64,000 nucleotides of DNA from Candidatus Uhrbacteria bacterium GW2011_GWC2_41_11 (GTDB lineage: Bacteria; Patescibacteriota; Patescibacteriia; UBA9934; GWF2-40-263), in contig LCAH01000002.1 in NCBI GenBank assembly GCA_000996355.1, positions 29,703-93,702 on the forward strand, written 5' to 3'. Within the stretch, counting starts at the first letter, position 1; the number at the start of each line of letters is the position of its first letter. Shown here piece by piece: positions 60,290 to 64,000 of the stretch. A program made the translations under genes and the position numbers. The notes below the pieces were generated by a model, which was not told the origin of the DNA, ran no database searches, and worked only from the letters and a program-made list of their open reading frames with translations.

Positions 60290-61324
60290 ATGTCAAAAGC
60301 AGTCGAGTCTGTGATGAGCGGACAATCAGACAAAATATGCGACCAGATTGTTGATGCTATTGTTGATGAATATTTGCGTCGTGATCCAGAAAGCCGAGTT
60401 GATCTTAAGGTTCTTGGTTCACACGGAATGATTATGATTGGCGGGGAAGTAAATTCTCGCGCCGACTTTGATTTAGCAGGACTTGCGAAAATGGTGTATC
60501 GCGATATTGGCTATACAGATGACGCAGAAGTTTTTGTAAATGTCGAACCTCTATCTGAAGAAATGTCTTCTGTCGTCGGAGCTGCTGATACGGTTGTTGT
60601 GCATGGATATGCAACAAGAGAAACACGTGAGTTTCTTCCCCTGCCTCTTGTGTATGCACATGCTCTTGCACGTCGAATGGACGATTTACGTAAAACAGAC
60701 CCGACGTTTCATTGGTTGGGACCGGATGGAAAAGTTCAAATAGTGATGGAACAAAAAAAAGTCATTGCTGTAACTCTTCTTGCTCAACACGCAAAAGACG
60801 TGCTTCCTCGTGATGTACAAGCGCGTCTTTTGGAACGCGTAGTTTCTCCTATTATTGGAAAAGATGAAGAAGTACAAATTTTTATCAATCCAATTGGATC
60901 ATTTGTTACTGGTGGATTTCAAGCAGATACAGGGATGAGTGGGCAAAAGTCATCCGTGGATTTTTATGGCGGTTTGATTCCACATGGAGATGTTGGATTA
61001 TCCGGAAAAGATCCTGGAAAAGTCGAACGTGCCGGATCCTATATGGCACGGTTTGTAGCAAAACAACTTGTTAAAGAAGGATGGGCAGATGCTATTTTGA
61101 TCTCTCTTGCATACACGCTTGGCCGTGCAGAACCAGTGATGATTGATGTAAAAGCAAGCGGATTGAAAAGGGAGAATGCGTCTTCTCTTGTCAATTTTGT
61201 CAAAAAAGAGTATGATTTTCGACCAGATGCCATCGTAGAACGTCTGGATTTAAAAAAGCCGTGCTATCGTGCAACGGCTGTATATGGTCATTTTGGTCGA
61301 GAAGGATTTCCATGGGAAGAATGA
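60290..61324 (+). CDS. metK: Divergent S-adenosylmethionine synthetase
   Basis: ESV..G..DKICDQI.DAI, DGK, SGKD..KV, YGHFGR..FPWE; several catalytic motifs altered. Confidence 0.85.
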   Translation: MSKAVESVMSGQSDKICDQIVDAIVDEYLRRDPESRVDLKVLGSHGMIMIGGEVNSRADFDLAGLAKMVYRDIGYTDDAEVFVNVEPLSEEMSSVVGAADTVVVHGYATRETREFLPLPLVYAHALARRMDDLRKTDPTFHWLGPDGKVQIVMEQKKVIAVTLLAQHAKDVLPRDVQARLLERVVSPIIGKDEEVQIFINPIGSFVTGGFQADTGMSGQKSSVDFYGGLIPHGDVGLSGKDPGKVERAGSYMARFVAKQLVKEGWADAILISLAYTLGRAEPVMIDVKASGLKRENASSLVNFVKKEYDFRPDAIVERLDLKKPCYRATAVYGHFGREGFPWEE

Positions 61325-61331
61325 AGGAGAA

Positions 61332-62093
61332 ATGAAGATGGAAAATCAAAAAAAGATGGATGAAGATGAAGTCAACATTTTTTTGGTAGAACGAGCGGTA
61401 CAGGCGACGGAACGGGCTGTTCGGGAAACACCTGCCGCCAAATCAAGACGAGATCTTTTGAGAACCTTGGAACAAGTCCATCTCTTGATTCCGTCATTCA
61501 AGAAAGGTGATGTTCTTGATGAAATATTTCTCAATCTTCAAGCCCCATATGTTTTGGAAGGATTCGGGATTGGAGGAAATCCGGCTTCCGTACATAAGAT
61601 TTGGCCAAACATCAGATGGGGCAGCTTTCGGCAAGAACAAATGCGTCAAGAGACTGTTTATTGGGTTGTCCTCCTGCTCCGCGCCATTATAGATCTTAGT
61701 AGTGGTCGTACACATGACAATTCTTTTTCTCGTGCACTGTTATACAGATCTCGACGAATTCTTGCATCCTTGGTCATGAAAGATGAAGTCCCACCAGACT
61801 GGATGTGGGTGGAACCGTCCGAAGGAATAGTGGTTTCTCCGGAACAATGTGCCGCTATTGCAGCGAATGCATACAGGGCCGGCTTTCGTGGTGTTTGGTT
61901 TATTGCAAATCCATGGGAGATAGGGAGTCAAACATCTCTTTGTTTGTATCTCCCACAAAACACTTTACCCATGACATATGGGAGAGGGAAGGCACATGGC
62001 TTTCCAATTATTCATATATTACGTTCCATTGACCTCAAAGGACAGTGGATTACAAACAGAAAAAATGAGTTTATCTTGGACAAGCTTGTTTAA
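61332..62093 (+). CDS. Hypothetical protein
   Basis: SD AAGGAG before ATG 61332/61338; followed by a terminator. Confidence 0.7.
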   Translation: MKMENQKKMDEDEVNIFLVERAVQATERAVRETPAAKSRRDLLRTLEQVHLLIPSFKKGDVLDEIFLNLQAPYVLEGFGIGGNPASVHKIWPNIRWGSFRQEQMRQETVYWVVLLLRAIIDLSSGRTHDNSFSRALLYRSRRILASLVMKDEVPPDWMWVEPSEGIVVSPEQCAAIAANAYRAGFRGVWFIANPWEIGSQTSLCLYLPQNTLPMTYGRGKAHGFPIIHILRSIDLKGQWITNRKNEFILDKLV

Positions 62094-62099
62094 ATCAAG

Positions 62100-62132
62100 A
62101 TCCGGCAGGGAACACTTTGTCGGATTTTTTTT
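62100..62132 (+). terminator. Intrinsic terminator
   Basis: ATCCGGCAGGG/CTTTGTCGGAT plus T-tract. Confidence 0.7.
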
Positions 62133-62715
62133 ATTTTTGAAATCGATTTTGAACCACGTTCCAATCAATGGTTTTGAAAAAGGTTTCGATATAATCTGCA
62201 CGTTTGAGCCCGTAATCAATCATGAATGCATGTTCAAAAACATCCATAACAAGAAGAGGTATGCAGCCTGCAAGATGACCAACATCATGTTCATTGATCC
62301 AGGTATTGAATAACCAGCCTGTTTCACGATCTTGATAAAGAATCACCCAGCCAATGCCGCGCATGGCGCCAACAGATTTAAAATTTGTTTCCCATGTTTT
62401 GAATGATCCAAATGCTTTTTCTATTTGTCTAAACAGTCTATGAGATTCATCAAGAATGTTTCCATCTTTTTTTATGTTTTCAAAATAGTGTTCATGCAAG
62501 CGCATGCCATTGAACTCCCAACCAAATCTTCGTGTGAGTTCTGCATACGAAGGTATGTTTGTTTTTTCTTCTTTTTCTAAGATATTTTTCTCTTCCAAAA
62601 GTGTATTCGTATTTTTTACATACCCTTGATAAAGCGTGAAATGATTTTTGAGGAGTGTATCGCTAAATCCTTCGAGACCAAGGAGGTGATCAAATGATTT
62701 TGCTTCGTAAGACAT
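62131..62715 (-). CDS. Fe/Mn superoxide dismutase family protein
   Basis: H..LY.GYV.N, NGMRLHEHYF, DVFEHAF. Confidence 0.88.
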   Translation of the reverse strand: MSYEAKSFDHLLGLEGFSDTLLKNHFTLYQGYVKNTNTLLEEKNILEKEEKTNIPSYAELTRRFGWEFNGMRLHEHYFENIKKDGNILDESHRLFRQIEKAFGSFKTWETNFKSVGAMRGIGWVILYQDRETGWLFNTWINEHDVGHLAGCIPLLVMDVFEHAFMIDYGLKRADYIETFFKTIDWNVVQNRFQK

Positions 62716-62725
62716 AGGAGATTTT

Positions 62726-63256
62726 TTATTTTTTGTTCATGATGCGTTCGCGAATGGCGTCAATATCAAGATCTGCTTCCATTTGTTTGATCATCGCATC
62801 ATCTTGGTGTTTCACATTCATGGAGTGTTGAATCTTATCGAGAATACGCAAGATGGCTGTGATTTCGCGTTCTGCTTGTACATTGACTTGAAAATCTATT
62901 TCTTCACGTAAGTCTGCAATTTTTGCTGCTCGATTTTGACTGATGAGAACAATAATAGAGAGAAAAATTGCTTCCAAAGAGACGATCATGGTAAGTAAAC
63001 CAAATGGATACGGATCAAGAGTCGGAATACTAGGAATCCATTCCATGTTACACGCAAGCCATGTGAAAAAAAAGAGAGCATTCAATAAAAGAAATCCAAT
63101 CGTCCCAAAAGAATCTGTTAAAAAATCTGCGGTGCGTTCAGACCAGTGTTTTGGATGCTTCAGACTTGTGGCGAAAATTTCTCCTATGCTTCGATGTTCA
63201 GATTTTTTTGTTTGAGTCTCAGATATTTTTTTCTTTTTTCGATTTGCGGATGTCAT
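62726..63256 (-). CDS. DUF1003 membrane protein
   Basis: DPYPFGLLTMIVSLEAIFLSIIVLISQNR; ATG 63256 preferred. Confidence 0.88.
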   Translation of the reverse strand: MTSANRKKKKISETQTKKSEHRSIGEIFATSLKHPKHWSERTADFLTDSFGTIGFLLLNALFFFTWLACNMEWIPSIPTLDPYPFGLLTMIVSLEAIFLSIIVLISQNRAAKIADLREEIDFQVNVQAEREITAILRILDKIQHSMNVKHQDDAMIKQMEADLDIDAIRERIMNKK

Positions 63257-63448
63257 AAAAGGACAATCATTGTTTTGTGAGAATCGTGTAAAAGTATTTG
63301 TAGAATAACACGAAACAGGGTGTGAAGGAAAGAAAAACCGACTCACGGATTTTCTTTTTGTCAACCATAATAAATTATTTATTTGCGCTATAATTAGATG
63401 ATTTGATACACTAGTATTGCTTTTAAGTTCTTTGAGAAAAGGAGGAAT

Positions 63449-63679
63449 ATGCCAACAAAAACTCGTGCGATCGCGTCTGCAAAAAAAATAGGATCTTCTG
63501 TTCGACGAAAAAGTTCTCTAGAAAAAAAAGAAGATGTTTTGGTTCATGTTGATCATGTTCCACACCATTGTCCTGTGTGTGATTTTGTTCCCATGAATTC
63601 CATGGCCATGATCGCTGTCTTATCAGGTCTTGTCGTTGCTCTTTCTATGTTTTTAATGCAAGCCATGTTGTTTTTATAA
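63449..63679 (+). CDS. Small protein with HHCPVC motif and C-terminal TM
   Basis: SD AGGAGG; basic N-terminus, CxxC, hydrophobic tail. Confidence 0.7.
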   Translation: MPTKTRAIASAKKIGSSVRRKSSLEKKEDVLVHVDHVPHHCPVCDFVPMNSMAMIAVLSGLVVALSMFLMQAMLFL

Positions 63680-63683
63680 ATAA

Positions 63684-63881
63684 TTCCAACTTTCAACTCC
63701 CATTCGATCTCCCGAAGCCCGGGCGAGCTCTATCCGAGCGCAGGATACCAAGTCTCCTGACCAAAGAGACGCAGGCATCCCAGCGAGTTACGAGCCCGGG
63801 TGCCTTCGGGACATCCTTTCTTTTCCACCATCTTTTCTTTAGATGAGTAAAGAAAAGATGGTCGGGGATGTTGGGGTGGAA
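63684..63881 (+). ncRNA. Unidentified structured RNA candidate (about 200 nt)
   Basis: GC-rich intergenic island with nested stems TCCCGAAG/CTTCGGGA, CCCGGGC/GCCCGGG and GTCTC/GAGAC, a perfect 15-bp hairpin and a closing stem; strand uncertain. Confidence 0.55.
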
Positions 63882-63925
63882 CCCCCTATTTTTGTATCTA
63901 AATATCTGACTTGAGAGATTGATTT

Positions 63926-64000
63926 ATGAAAATGCAGTACGTTTCTCTTTTTTTGACCTTGCTTGTGTTAACAGGGACGGGATGTTCTTCTCTCCAGGTT
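63926..64000 (+). CDS. Putative lipoprotein, truncated by the window end
   Basis: MKMQYVSLFLTLLVLTGTGCSS, with a GxGC lipobox-like site. Confidence 0.65.
   Translation, partial: MKMQYVSLFLTLLVLTGTGCSSLQV

Noticed and set aside
63821-63872. CCACCA followed by a hairpin and GGGGATG, resembling a permuted two-piece tmRNA
   Set aside because: No T-loop before CCA, a mismatched acceptor stem and no tag reading frame
63873-63886. GGGGTGGAACC resembling a second T-box bulge
   Set aside because: No complementary downstream antiterminator strand, no stem I motifs and no amino-acid gene downstream
1-64000. CRISPR array, tRNA/rRNA, IS element or prophage
   Set aside because: No periodic repeats, cloverleaves, transposase/integrase motifs or phage gene cluster seen by eye

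Overview
Chromosomal window (genetic code 11) from a small-genome bacterium, most likely Patescibacteria/CPR (Parcubacteria, Uhrbacteria-like). This assignment is inferred from the GAD-less AspRS, TGS-less ThrS, short EF-Ts, VirB2-like pilin fusion, baseplate-J-like membrane protein, GxGC lipoproteins and SD-less starts. Housekeeping blocks are asnS/aspS/scpAB/dac, lemA-htpX-clpC...radA, pheST, dnaE, thrS, queA, rpsB-tsf, gap-pgk-eno-gpmI...mltG-pcrA-maeA, lexA, metK and sod. They are interrupted by self-contained hypothetical genes. I saw no tRNA, rRNA, CRISPR array, transposase or integrase. The best finding is a complete threonine T-box riboswitch (specifier ACC, UGGAACC antiterminator) whose first downstream gene is a DarT-like ADP-ribosyltransferase-fold ORF placed ahead of thrS. 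Other findings: a Cys-rich pilin-M23 peptidase fusion beside DsbA; a MetK with several catalytic substitutions; paired GTTC-N7-GTTC boxes on the lexA promoter and an unannotated Arg-rich ORF after lexA; two unidentified structured RNA candidates; and a split between SD-led accessory genes and SD-less core genes. All family calls come from motif recognition by eye, not from database searches.
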